Of a stretch of DNA of 64,000 nt, positions 34,811 through 49,467 are shown in pieces (positions within the stretch are counted from its first letter, which is position 1; every line of letters starts with the position of its first letter). This stretch comes from Basidiobolus meristosporus CBS 931.73 (Eukaryota; Fungi; Basidiobolomycota). The notes beneath the pieces are model-generated. The model was not told where the DNA came from, searched no databases, and saw nothing but the letters and a program-made list of their open reading frames with translations. The stretch spans positions 1-64,000 of the forward strand of contig MCFE01000319.1 of NCBI GenBank assembly GCA_002104905.1. Direction: 5' to 3'. Position numbers and translations under genes: made by a program.

Positions 34811-36348
34811 CTACACGCGCATCTGTTTGTTCAACACTGGGACATCGGTCGTTCGACTGAAGACATCTTCACCTGGTCCGCGGATGAATTTGGCCGGAAC
34901 GCCATAAAGGAATACCCCAACAACCGAAAATACAATCGCCAACAGGAACGGGGGCCAATCATATTCCCCGAAAAACGTGAAGTGTAGACCGTCACCAACA
35001 TTTCCTTCATGGATTGCACCATACACCATCACGGAGAGGAAGGATATAATCCATCCAGAAATGACAGATCCAGTGGTTACGTAGGGTTGCAGACGTCTCG
35101 AGAGGCCTAATAGGATTGGACAGGTGCAGCAGGAAGCTATCATATTGGACAGCAAAAACAGATTCATCACTGGATAGCCTTGGAGAGAGACCACTACCAA
35201 AGGAATGTTCACGACCACCACGACCAGACGCGACCACCATACGGATTTCCCCTTCAACAAGACAGAAGAAATACTGTCCACAAGAGCATTTTGAAGACTG
35301 TCAACGGCAGATTGGTTCATTGTAGCAGCCAAAACGGTAACCATAACAGTTATCCATATTGGTGCCTCGCCCCCTGCTCCAAGCAGGGTAAAAAGTACTG
35401 TGTTTGGGTTGGTAACTTCCAATCCGGCCCAGGCAGCTAAGAATCCGCAGAATCCCAAGAAAAAGATAACGACGGTGACCATTCCCATGGCAAATAGGGC
35501 GCCAGTTTTCAAGGCTTTGTCGTCAGCCGATGCCCAGACACGTTGCCAGAAGCCCTCATTATAGATGGACGCACACGTTAAAGAGATGGGCATAACGGCA
35601 ATTGCGGAATAACCGTAATAATTGGGGGCGATGTTTGGTGGAAGCTCCGATGATAGCGGCTGTCGGAACGTTACTGCGATATACACTGCCATGATGCCAA
35701 CAAACAAAAGACTGAATAGTGCTTGGGCCTGATCAGTAATAATCGATACGGAAAGGCCACCAGATGCAGTGTAGAGCATGGTCGACACACCAATAACCAA
35801 GACAATTGGGATGCGGTTGCTGCCGATTACCGTCTCAAAGAGGTCCCCGATGGATGTATATTCTGCTGTGAGTCCAATACTCATATTGAATAACATAATG
35901 ATGGTCACCAGAGCCTGAAGTGTTGGGCTAAAGCGCCAACGAACAAAGTCAGCCATAGACTGAACTTGTGGAAAACGTTCCTGGATTTTACCACCAAAAA
36001 ACGCAACTACGAAAATAGGGATTCCACATGCTATAGCATAAAAGGTAATTCCGATTATTCCAGCATACAACGCGTAGCTTGGAGGGCCAAATAGAGTCCT
36101 ACAGGAAATAGAGTTCTAGCATCAAAGTCAAAGCGAGTCTCATCGATACCCATTTACCAAGCACCAACTGCAGCAGCATAGAAGCTCCAAGCGATCCTTG
36201 CAGTAGGTTGAGAGTTTCGTGCGGTCAAGAAAAAATCGGGGTTATCGTTCTTCTCCTTCATTTTTCGACTCCATATCAATGCGAATATTGCGAATCCAAC
36301 ACACACTACAACACTAGTGGTATACGCGGCAACGGGTAATGAAGCCAT
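34811..36348 (-). CDS. Solute:sodium symporter (SSS) family transporter; join(36158..36348,34811..36098)
   Basis: DFFLTARNSQP...AWSFYAAAVGAW/TLFGPP, GGLSVSIITDQAQA, FWQRVWAS, SAVDSLQNA. About 13 hydrophobic segments. Substrate not determinable. Confidence 0.88.
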
Positions 36349-38216
36349 TTTCTATTTCTGGACTGGACGAAGAATAAAGTTAATGATAAAAGTCTATGTT
36401 ACTTTACCAGTGACAACTAAGCTTCAAATTGATTGAACCGAAAAGCCACAACCCTGAAGAATCTCCGAAGCAGCCTTTATATAAGATAAGCAGTTGTCCA
36501 GATCATCTCGAATGATATGCAGACCGATCTATTATCGCTTCATGCAGATGTTGATAATACTGAAATCAATCCTGAAACCACTTCTGGTATGACTCACCTG
36601 CTGTGTTAGTCCCACCAAATCAGGAACTGCATGTTCTTACTGGCCTTGTTGACTGAACAGTCAATTAGCGTTAATAAAATCAGCCAATATTTGAGCAGAC
36701 GGCTTGGGCCGATCTAATTTGGAACAGAAATTACAAAACCTCTGATACTCAAGTATCGAAGCATCTTTTTCAAGGTTATGGCTCACTTGGACTAGAATGC
36801 CTTATTGTAATGATCAATATAAAGATTGTGAGCATTGCATTCTCTAAATACGTCATATCCTTAAATAATACTATTCTATCAACCAAAGCATGATAATCTT
36901 GTTAGCAACATTCTAGAACTGCATAGAGAAGCGAGCCACATCCGCATCCTGCCCCAACACAACCCCGAAATCCTTGACAAGACTCCGCCCAGAAAAAGTT
37001 ACCCGCATTGCCCACACCGATGACAGGCTGGAGAGAACATGGAGAAAACTTAAATTTCATGTGGCAATCCCTCAAACTTTATTTGCATGAAACTGGTTAA
37101 AGTTTGATGGTGCGATCATGATTCATTAGCTGTTCGTTCCATAGCAGTGCTCGAGATTTGTACATTGCATCGTTCCTTTTTTCGGATAACGAATCATGGT
37201 TGGTTGAGGGGCTGCGCTACAACAGTAGGTTTCGAGATACAGCAACTGAGCTTGCTTGGATCTGTAAGTGTACGACCATCAAGCTTTAGTTTCGATTGTT
37301 CCAGGTAGTTCTTATTCAGCACATCGATGACCGCCAAAAATTTACACATCCGTAGGCTTTGATGGGGATTAGATTTTATCCGAGTATATACGAGGTGCCA
37401 GTTGCCATCAATCATTCCAATTAAATGTAGATGGTGAGTAAACCCCCATGAGTCAATGGCATTTGTCCCCAAACTTGGCCTCGTCTGGTGGTCTTCAATC
37501 GCCATGTGGCCAATTGGTCAATCTATAACCAGAATTTGAGATCATTCTCCCCAAGAGTCTCCAGGCCTTGTCGATATGGCCAATCAATGGTGACGAAACA
37601 AGGAATATGGAACTTGATGATATTTCGGAACTCTCCTATGTGACACCATTCCGAAGGGACCAATGTCAATGAAGCTCAATTCTCAAATCATAAGCATTTC
37701 GGCTAGTGCTTCAGACAAATATCCGATAACCCGACCAGATTGGCTGGTGGTTGCTGGGCATGCACCCTTGGTAAAATAAAGCACAAATTGAGATTTATGA
37801 AAACAGTACACTTCGCATTTGTACTAAAAGAACGAAATGTTCTATTCTATTGGTGATACATACTGTGATCAAGATGGGACCAAAACTTCCTCATCTGGCC
37901 AGCACGTGGCTTTTGAATTCATATAGCGTGGGGAATCATGTTATTCGTTCATAAAGGTTACTCGAGTGATTGGGTGGTCTTTGAGTGATACCGATCACTC
38001 ATTTTCTAAATGCGGCTAATATTAGATTTCAATCGGTATTATTCCGTTCGGTCTTCTACGGTTATAACTTATAAATGCGAGTGTGCTTGAATAAGCATCT
38101 TTTGGTTCCGCCAACAATTCCGAAATCCCCACATATGTTACTTCCCTTCACACTATAGAGAACGTCCAAAGATTTCAATCCCCTAAATCATTCTAACTTG
38201 AATCGCTCGAAGTGTT

Positions 38217-39425
38217 ATGACTCCTGGCACAATCGGTATAGTCATTGCCGTGGCATTATATGACCTCTTCATCTTTGTAACAGTTGGTCTTCTGATCCAT
38301 TTTCGGAAGGACCCATATTTCGCCCACCGTAACGTTGTGATAACCTCAATAATAGGCATTACGTCTGCGATATTGCTACCTGTAGTCTCTTTCTTGAATT
38401 TAATCCCAACCTGGCTATTTCTCTACTTGATCAATATCTGTTTCCCACTTGTCTTCATCTGCGTCACTGGGAAGGTTCTTCAGCTCACGTTCTTGTATTA
38501 TTCGAGTCAAGCCAAACTAAATCATGGTGAGGACTACGCCTCAAGTCACAACTCGCAAACTAGTTTGTCCAGACCCGAGACGAATGTTTTCTATAGATAC
38601 CATCGTTACTTCAATAATCGTGTTTGGTTTGTCTGGTGCGGCGTGGAGCTTACTATTTACATCATCTTGACCTCGATCATCCTTTTCTGCACACTCCCCC
38701 TCCCTTCCAACTTTGCGTCCATCCCCAGTCTTGCCTTGATGCCCATATTCATTAGTTACTCTCTGCACCTTTTGATACAATGGCCAATCTTTATGTGGTA
38801 TTTACGATCCGTCAACGATGCATTCCACATACGTTTTGGGCTCTCCGTTGTGGAAATAGTGGAGGTCATTAGTCTAATTGGTCTGATCCTCCGCTCTACA
38901 CTCAGCTACATCAAGGTTCATTGGGAAGCTTATGCGATTTATTGCGTTGTGCGAGTTGTTCTGATCCACATTGCAGTTGTGGTATTTCCCCTGTGGCGTC
39001 GCCCTCGATCTCCTCAAGCTACCGAAAAGTTCCTCCCTGTCTACGATCTTACCTCGTTGCTGTCAATTATGGAAGATCCGATACAATACGAAGACTTCAA
39101 AAGGTTTTCGCTTCGAATCTTTGCCGTCGAGAACACGTTGTTTTATCGCAGATGCATGGATCTCAAAGCCAATTCTCAAATGCCGGTGATTGTCAACAAA
39201 AAGGAGGTTGTCAGGATATATGATATGTTCATCCGACCCAACAGCGATATGGAGGTTAATATCACAGAGGACGTTCAAGCTGAGGTGACTCTTGCACTTC
39301 AAAGGCCGCTCAGCGAAGGATATCCTATCGATATGTTTGACAGGGCAATGGAGCAAGTCCTCGATATCATGTATCATGATATCTTTCCCAGATATCTTGC
39401 CCACAAAAATCATTTAAACGTTTAG
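38217..39425 (+). CDS. 7-transmembrane + RGS domain protein (GprK/AtRGS1-like architecture), intronless 402 aa
   Basis: Seven hydrophobic segments in the first 260 or so residues. C-terminal RGS pattern FKRFSLRIFAVENTLFY...IYDMFIRPNSDMEVNIT...MFDRAMEQVLDIMYHDIFPRYL. Confidence 0.88.
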   Translation: MTPGTIGIVIAVALYDLFIFVTVGLLIHFRKDPYFAHRNVVITSIIGITSAILLPVVSFLNLIPTWLFLYLINICFPLVFICVTGKVLQLTFLYYSSQAKLNHGEDYASSHNSQTSLSRPETNVFYRYHRYFNNRVWFVWCGVELTIYIILTSIILFCTLPLPSNFASIPSLALMPIFISYSLHLLIQWPIFMWYLRSVNDAFHIRFGLSVVEIVEVISLIGLILRSTLSYIKVHWEAYAIYCVVRVVLIHIAVVVFPLWRRPRSPQATEKFLPVYDLTSLLSIMEDPIQYEDFKRFSLRIFAVENTLFYRRCMDLKANSQMPVIVNKKEVVRIYDMFIRPNSDMEVNITEDVQAEVTLALQRPLSEGYPIDMFDRAMEQVLDIMYHDIFPRYLAHKNHLNV

Positions 39426-39831
39426 AAAGTCATCTCAAGGCAGCCATAGAGTGGGTACAACTTCCATACCCTATAGTATTTACCTCCGCACCATAACATC
39501 TTTCACTTTGTTTAGCATCAAAATTTATGTATTTCAATCATTCATGTCCTTGGGCTTTACGCTCTTTAGAGTAATCATCTAACCCCTCTATTCTCATTTA
39601 TTTATCTAAATGTACATAATCGACAAACATGTAAATACACTCTCTAAAGTGATCTTATTTTGTCTCGATGTATACCCCGGGGACTATGTTTTGCTTTCAT
39701 TTGCACATGCACAGATGTTCAATTTAGTACCTCCAAATCTGAATTCTCATAAATATTAATACGTAATTTAATAATTCCCCATTGCTAATCTGGATTAACC
39801 TTGATATTTATAGGGGGATGATAAAATAACA

Positions 39832-40904
39832 TTAGTCCTCCAATAAATGATCAATAAAAATAGAATCATCGAGATCGTCAAAATCGAGAACACTCGAAGC
39901 ATCACTGTCCATTTCACTCTGTCCACAGCAGGAATAGGAATTTCGACTTTGATGGTATTGCTCCAAATACTCTTCTTGGCTAGAAATCATATGATAACTG
40001 GGGCTGGATTCTAGAATCTCGGAGGTAGTCATACCGGAGTTTGATATTATTTCATCCGAAAAGCTAATGTGTGGTTCAAACTTGTTCTCGGAAATTAGGC
40101 TTTCGTAGTCGGAATCAAATGAGTGAAGAGCAGAATGAGAGTCGTTAGATTGCGGTGTATTCAGCTGATTTGCCAGTTCCAAAATGACCGCCTCACTAGA
40201 CTTGTACTCTAATTGCTATTCAAGGAGGATGTGTAAATTTTAGTGTAGTTGAAGCTTTGAAAAGATTTTTACTTTGACGACTGGATCTTTCTCTCTCATC
40301 GAGTTACGAGCTATGGTCCATAGATTTTGTGAGATAGCATCAGCCGTAGCATCAATGTTTTTCCCCTAAGAATAATCAAGCTGGATGAGACCATACTATC
40401 GATGTAATCCAATTTTCTTGAATACATCAATACCATCGGATAATCTATGGTTGCGCTCCGATGAGCCATTCTGGCAATTGAAGTGCTTATAGATGGTAGC
40501 CATCTTGTGATTGCAGCCAATTTCTACGAAGATCTGTTTGTGAATAATATATATATACCTACAGTATATCAAAATTCTCTTACCTTGTTGTAGCCATATC
40601 GAAATATCCTTGGACACAGAGGAATCAAGGATTCACCAACCACTTTTTTGAGTATCTTCAACCAAAATTTATATGTAGTCTCTGGAGGTAGTGTTGGCAG
40701 ATTACCGATCGTGGTGTTGTTCTTCCCCGATACTATTCTTAAAATAAATATTGAGTAAAGACGTCTCGTCATTTTGTCAACATTGGTCCTACATCGAATG
40801 AATCGCACTGTTATTTGAATTTCTCTTAAAAAAGCAACTGGTTCATTGATATGACTTGTGAATGCGTATTCATCTGGAATCAAAACAAGCTCCTTACATG
40901 CCAT
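39832..40904 (-). CDS. Putative multi-exon orphan gene with Ser/Asp-rich C-terminus
   Basis: ORFs 40569..40904, 40396..40617 and 39832..40182 can be joined in frame through three GT-AG introns (…GYNK/IFVEIGC…DGID/GKNIDATAD…DPVVK/QLEYKSSEAV…). No family recognised. Confidence 0.45.
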
Positions 40905-41229
40905 TAAATCAAGTTGCTATTATATATAATGATACATTAGCACCTACATCGGATGGTTTATCTTGGGCCTGGCAAGAGCAACTTGTGGGATTCCATAGCT
41001 AATATATACCAGAGAATAATCATTGGTTAAGTATATGGCCTATTTGATCTATTGAGCTACCATAAAACAGAAACTATACCTGAGTGCTACTAAGAGCCTT
41101 TTTAAATACACAGGTTTCTGCAAGTTCGAAACCGGTGCTCTCATCGAAATCAACCTAATAGTATCGGTAGTTAAGGATCATAAAATATATCTCTTGTTGA
41201 ATGGAGTCCACTCTTTAAAGCATTGACTG

Positions 41230-41535
41230 TCAGGCAAAAGATACTTGTATAGGGATTAGGCCATCACTTTGTATCTCCCACTGCTTGAGTTCCTCAATAT
41301 CTAGTTCGTGTATGTCCCAATTGTTGCATACGTGATATTCTACTCTTGGACTGCATTCCAATTGGATTGAGAACCTCAACTCTCTACTTCGAAATTTAGC
41401 ACCTAAAAGTCGGCGCATTTCCAATATATTGAGGTCAAAAGGAAATTTGTATTCCACCCAATGGCCATTAGAAGTTTGAGTGCTGCAAGAAACGGTTTTG
41501 GGCGACCGTGACATAAGGGCAGAAGGTTCCTCCAT
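41230..41535 (-). CDS. Small hypothetical protein (about 101 aa), possibly PB1/ubiquitin-like fold
   Basis: ATG at 41535. The KFPFDLNILEMRRLLGAKF..ELRFSI pattern loosely resembles PB1 domains. Weak support. Confidence 0.3.
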   Translation of the reverse strand: MEEPSALMSRSPKTVSCSTQTSNGHWVEYKFPFDLNILEMRRLLGAKFRSRELRFSIQLECSPRVEYHVCNNWDIHELDIEELKQWEIQSDGLIPIQVSFA

Positions 41536-42539
41536 TGAAGTAATGATTATGGCAATCAAAAAAAGCAAGAAGTGTTTCCGCCACTCGTGTCGGTTATGGG
41601 TCAAATAAATTGAAGCATATATAGTGAGACATTTTAGCATACATACAACTTGTACCAAGTATTGTTATACAACCACTAATACATATCAAAATAAAAACTA
41701 TAGCATGGCATATAATGTTCCTTTTCTGTAAAGGTCTTCGAAAACGTTCCAATTCACCTATGAAGAATGAATACAAGAGCACTTCGCTTGAGACTTGACA
41801 AATGCCGATATATTTGTAATACTCGCATCAAATATGATCAGTGATATATGATATTAGAAATTGGCCTTGATGGTTTTTTCAACTTTATTAGGCTACTATG
41901 GTATATCCATTTCTATGCATATACATTGTCGTATGGATTTTGGCCTCGCAAGTTAAAACTTCGAGTTTCAGAAACTAATTTAATGGGGCACCCGTTGGTA
42001 TAGGGTTCGTAATATACCGGGTTACTTGAAGTACTGTTGCCGAAGTTTCGTAGACCCTTTGATCACACTAAGCCGAAGTAGATTCTAATTGCTACATAGC
42101 TATATATCTTAACCAATGGCTCGGTCAATTCGAAAAGACACAACGCTAGAATCAGATTAGCATGTATGATCTTTCATATAGCATGCTAAAATCGTTAGTG
42201 CAAGAGGGCTGCTTTAACAGACAATATACAGTAGAAGAAACAATTGTGTATTTTGCATAATCTGTGTCTCTATCGACTGTTTTCAACCGTGCTTATGAAC
42301 AATAGAGTATTGGTGGCAACAGTTATTGTGTTAACATATATATTCATAATTACTTAAAAGTAGTGGTTCCAAAATGCATTTATTGACCTTATATCCATTG
42401 TAATTCCAGAAATATATGATTCCAACGGCCTCAAAGGACTCATAGTCAACAGGTTTTTGCTCCAGAATCTCACAATAAAAGAATGGCATAAGGCTCATGT
42501 TTGTCGTATTACATACTTGAGTTCCGCAACACGATCAAC

Positions 42540-43214
42540 ATCCCTACTTTCAAGCTTGCTCTTGGTGAGTGGTAGTCTGAATCCTTTTTAAAAATTCTAT
42601 TCAACTAACTCTTGGGTAGTTGGTGACGATGGTACTGGGAAACTACTTTTGAGAGGCGTCATTAGACTGGTGAATTGGAGAAGTAATATATTGCCACTCT
42701 TGGCGTTGAGATCCATCCTTTGACCTTCCACCCTAAATATGGACCTATATGTTTGAACACTTGGGATGCCGCTGGACACAAGAAATCTGGCGGCTTACGT
42801 GATGAATACTATGCCAAGGACAGTGTGTTATCATTATATTTGACCTCACTTCTCGTATTTCCTATGGAAAAGTACCAAACTGGCAACGTGAGTTGGTGAG
42901 TTTGTGGGAATATTCCTATTGACCTATGTGGTAATAAGGTTGATATCAGAGAGAGAAAAGTCAAAGCAGATGCCATCAGTTTCCATCGTCAGAAGAGCTT
43001 TGGATATTACGATGTTTCTGCTAAAGCAAACCATAACTTCAAGAAGCCATTCCGTTGGGTGGCCCATAAGTTGGTTGGCAATCAAACGTTGAAATTTGCT
43101 AAATCTCCAGCCCTTTCTCCTGATGAAGCTGCAGTAGACTCGAACCTCATGATACAATACTATGAGGAACTCGGAGCTGCTGCTAGTCTTCCTCTTCCCG
43201 TAAATGAAGAGTAA
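42540..43214 (+). pseudogene. GSP1: Ran/Gsp1 GTPase pseudogene retaining an intron (42565-42619)
   Basis: IPTFKLAL/VGDDGTG…[22 protein letters not shown]…[14 protein letters not shown]…LCGNKVDIRERKVKA…YYDVSAKANHNFKKPF…SPALSP…AAASLPLP. Clear Ran homology with in-frame stops and frameshifts. Confidence 0.9.
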
Positions 43215-43420
43215 GCTCTGAAGTTAGTTGACAATCCAGGTCCTTTCTCAACATGGAACAAATTTGATATCAGAAAATCGCATGTTATCAAATAAAATGT
43301 TTCACCTATAGTGCTGATACAAATTTTAGCCACCTGATTGGCTTTATCAAACGTGAATTATGTTCATACTTACATGGGCGATTTTCTTCTATACCCTTAC
43401 TAGGTGAGTATAGGGTACCT

Positions 43421-44386
43421 ATGGCACGAAATAGCGAAAAACAACTGTCAGGACTGAATCGGTTTTTACGAGCACAAGAGGATGAGTGTCAGTAAACTGG
43501 ATAATGTTCCCTGCGCTGTATTTAAATTACTAATCGGGATCCAGTTTTAAAAGAGAAGATCCAGAAACGGCCACCACTGGTAGAACAGCGAATTGGTTAT
43601 GTTATGCCCGCAAACGTCTGGTTTAACCCTTGAGTTTAGAAAACGTTGAATACGGCGGCTGAAGTTAGAAGTTGGATACCATCAATTAAGAAAGATATAA
43701 GCTATTGCTTGCATCATCTATCGGGGGTGCGAAATTATGTAAGTCAGAGAAAGTAGGAAAAGTCCGATCACAAGGTTTATTCTTTTTTTAGTCAGAGAAA
43801 AAGATAGCAGAGTTTAGAGAACGACTACAGTTCCTCGAAAGAGAATATGAAAGGTAATATTTGGAAAATCAGCAACAAAGCGTAACTGTCCACTTACGAT
43901 CACAGGTTTGTTAAGAAAGTCAGAGAGTTAGATCCTGATGCAATAGGTACGCCTGGGGAGGCACACAAATATTATTCGAAACGGAAGGTATGATGTTGTA
44001 CTATGCTTTGATGAGTATACCCTCTACTCATGCGTACCTGAAGTTGAAATCACAAGTAGAACCTGAGGCGGAACCAACCCAAACTAATGCGGTTGAGGGC
44101 CCTGTGATTCAGCTTAAAGTGTTGGAACAAGACGAAAACAAATTGCTGACGCCAAGACCTGTCGTAAAACCCCTCAGCGAGGAGCAACAGAATCAACCCT
44201 TGGAGTTTAGGAAAAAACCCAGACTAAACGATGCTGAAATTCGTACACAGTCCTCGGTAAGTTGATGTAATAGTCATGCCTGATGAAATAGGTGTTGAAG
44301 CTGAATGTTGATCCCACATTTAGAGTGGTGAAGGGGCTCTGCACCTAGTGTCTTCATATGGATCTGATACGGATGAGTCGGATTAA
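43421..44386 (+). CDS. Isy1-like (divergent) splicing-factor-family protein, multi-exon
   Basis: MARNSEKQLSGLNRF N-terminus (Isy1-type MARN.EK start), then KRPPL/KTLNTAAEVRSWIPSIKKDI…GVRNY/SEKKIAEFRERL…FVKKVRELDP. Ends LVSSYGSDTDESD*. Canonical splice sites. Confidence 0.75.
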
Positions 44387-44978
44387 TCCCAGTCGAAAAC
44401 TTTTTGACCAAGATTCGGGATCATACGTACTGACTGGAAATTTACCAGATTTAAGATTAAATGCTTAGGAAATCACATGATCCCAGTAACACTTGTAAGG
44501 AGGAAGGATGGAGCCATTTTAATAAACAATATGAGCAGATGATTCATAAAGGTAATACGATCTGTGAATAAGGCATAGTTGATAGGTAGCATGACCAGGC
44601 GAGTAACGTGCAATGAATACAGGTACCAGTCGTATTGCTTACATCTCATCATGACCATTGGCGGGTATGGACCCTGGAGGTTTAGAAAGATCCGTGCTTG
44701 CACCAGTATGTTAATGCATCGTGTGGGCATAGTTTGTGGCGTTTCAATATATGTAGGACCTACGAGCTTCGACGGCTTTGCCCATTATGGGAAACCTCAT
44801 ACGTTTTCATTCCAATTGGGCAGTTACTCGATGGGCATGGCATCTCCAACAGTCCACATGGGTAACGCTTGATGTCATAATGAAATCGATGTCAACACAT
44901 GCGCTGTATGAACAACCAGCATCGACTCGGATACAAACAATTGCGATAAACTTTATTTTAGTGTTGGCGGTGAGTGGT

Positions 44979-46341
44979 TCAGGGTGATAATGGCATATCA
45001 TTGGAATCATCCAAGCGGTTGTGGAGTGCGTATATGTTGTGAAGTTTGGGAATGCTCCGTTGGTGGGGAGCCTCATAACGCTTGGTTATCCATTCCTTTT
45101 CGGCTCTAAAGTAGACCCATAGCCAACGTCTCATCACCTCCGCACCCTCCATGACAAATCCACTTGCAATGATCTCCTTCAGGTGCACATGGTCTGATAG
45201 CTTCAATGACCAACTAGTACGGAGGAAGAAATCCAATAGCATGGCCAAATAGTATATACTTGGTTCCTGGAACATCAGGATCGGTCGTAATAGTGGTGGA
45301 TAAGACACTTTGCTTTGCGGAGAGGGCGTATTCCCCAATCCCCAGTCCATAACAACATCCCAATAAAATGAGTAGATTGAATTGAACAGAACACACATGA
45401 GCCTAGATGCCATTAGATTAAGTATTTCGAATGGAAGGGAGAGAGATTCAAGCGACTATACCATAAGGAAAAAAGAACACTGTTTTCGTCCTCATCGTCG
45501 CGGTGCATCAATGCAGATAAAAGCACAACCGGGAAGGCTGAGGCGTATTTGACAGCGTTTGCCAGGTGTCTGGAGCCAGAGTCGTTGGAAGATATATATT
45601 CAGAAATACATTGGCGGAGTCTAAAAACAAATGGTAATCTACGTAACAGCAGGATTCAGTATGAATTGCTATGATAGAACAGAGCCTTTACTAATAGGCA
45701 AGGCCTTGGGTTACTTACACAGTTATCAACGGGGCCATCACATCCAATTTAAAATGGTCGGAGGAGCTCCCGGAAGAAGACAACTCGGCGGAATCGGTGA
45801 GGGAAAGAAAAGTACAGAAAGCTATGTATATGCCCACGCCGACTTTGGCAAAGCTAGTGAATATGTCGGCTAGTATGACATCACCGAAAGGGACATCTGA
45901 GCGAAGTGGAGAAAATACAATGCGCTTAAATGCACTAAACGGATAATATGTCAGCCTGGGTTGGAAGGAAGCTAAAAAAGACGTGAAATACCTTAGAAAA
46001 TTCAACCGAGTTTTCCTATATAATATATTAAACGGAGAGAGAGTCAAGAACGTGACAGACAGGTAGCAAAAGCCCGTAATAACCGAGGCATTCTTCCCAT
46101 TTTCCATAGCTCTCCAAAAAAGCCAGAGGCTAAAAAGGGTTATGGAGGTAAATACGAAAGCTATCCGGTAGATCACTTGGTGTGGCCGTTTTCGAGTCTC
46201 GTCCAAGTTGAACAATAATCGAACATCAATCCCAATATTTTCAAGTATGTGAAGATTGAATCCCCAGCCCCACACCCCAAGGTCTACTAATAATAGAGCG
46301 CGATACTCTAGAGGAACTGCACTTGACAGTAAGTCCCACAT
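44979..46341 (-). CDS. ERD1: EXS-family membrane protein (Erd1-like), multi-exon
   Basis: FGDVILADIFTSFAKV, RLRQCISEY…HLANAVKY, FNSIYSFYWDVVMDWGL, LDFFLRTSWSLKL, EVMRRWLWVYFRAEKE. Confidence 0.88.
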
Positions 46342-47409
46342 GTCCCAGAAGCGGCTTTAGATTTTACAATAGAATAATGACAAAAATATGGACAAAAATG
46401 TTCGAAATCAAAAACAAGAGCTCCTTGATTTTTAGACGAGCGGAGGAAGTCTGCCAAAAATGAATTAAAGATGCGTTAAGGGTTCCAAGGAGAAAGTCCA
46501 GACAAACAAGATGTCAATAGGTCTGTGGATATACAGGCGGATGGTTATACAAACCGGAATACAAATCAAAGATCTCAAGGGCCAAGAATAGTATTTGCAA
46601 AACTAGATCAAGTTGGGGAAGATCAGAATTAAACTTATTTAATTGGCACCTCGTAGTGTCTCCAAGAATAATCCTCTCCTCGGCGTCAATAGATATGGCT
46701 ACCAATATGGTGTTATTAATTACAGTTCATCATTAAGATATATTTAGAAGAATCTTATCTCACAAAGGATCTGGCGGCTTAACTGAGATAGGTGCTGTCA
46801 TTGTTTCTATAAATCTACTGATTGATTCTCATATAAAATAGAGAGCAGCCATTGGTCAGGTGGCCAAGACATGGGAAAAGTGCTGGATTCAACAACGATT
46901 TCTATTGAGACTGGTAATTTAATGAATCTGTATCAACCAAAGGAGAAGAATAATAATGAAGTGTACGGCTCATTACTGGGCTCAACTTCGCGGGCGCCAT
47001 AATTGAGCAATCAAATGATCAGAAGATGACGAAAATAGAATACATAGTAGAGAGAAGGACTCGGGAAATCAAAAAATGCGGCACCACGGTTTCTATACAG
47101 TAACAAAGCAATAATGCAAAATACCAAAAATTCCATAGATGAATTATACATGCACATTTAGTAAATCGGCATCAAATGCTCACCGAGCAACCATGATATA
47201 CCTGAGTTGAAGCTCACAAAAGCATAATATTAGTTACTCGATATGGAGGCCCCGTGGCATAAATTTATCATCGTCGTCTTCAAAAACAGAAACTTGTCCT
47301 AAATTTAGACAAGCGGAGAAAGCGTCAAATCTCTGGGCGAAGGTAGTGTTCAATAGTGTGCGTGGATAGTCCAATGGTGTTGTCTTTTTAGTTGCCCCCC
47401 CTGATGAAT

Positions 47410-49467
<2,058 letters not shown>

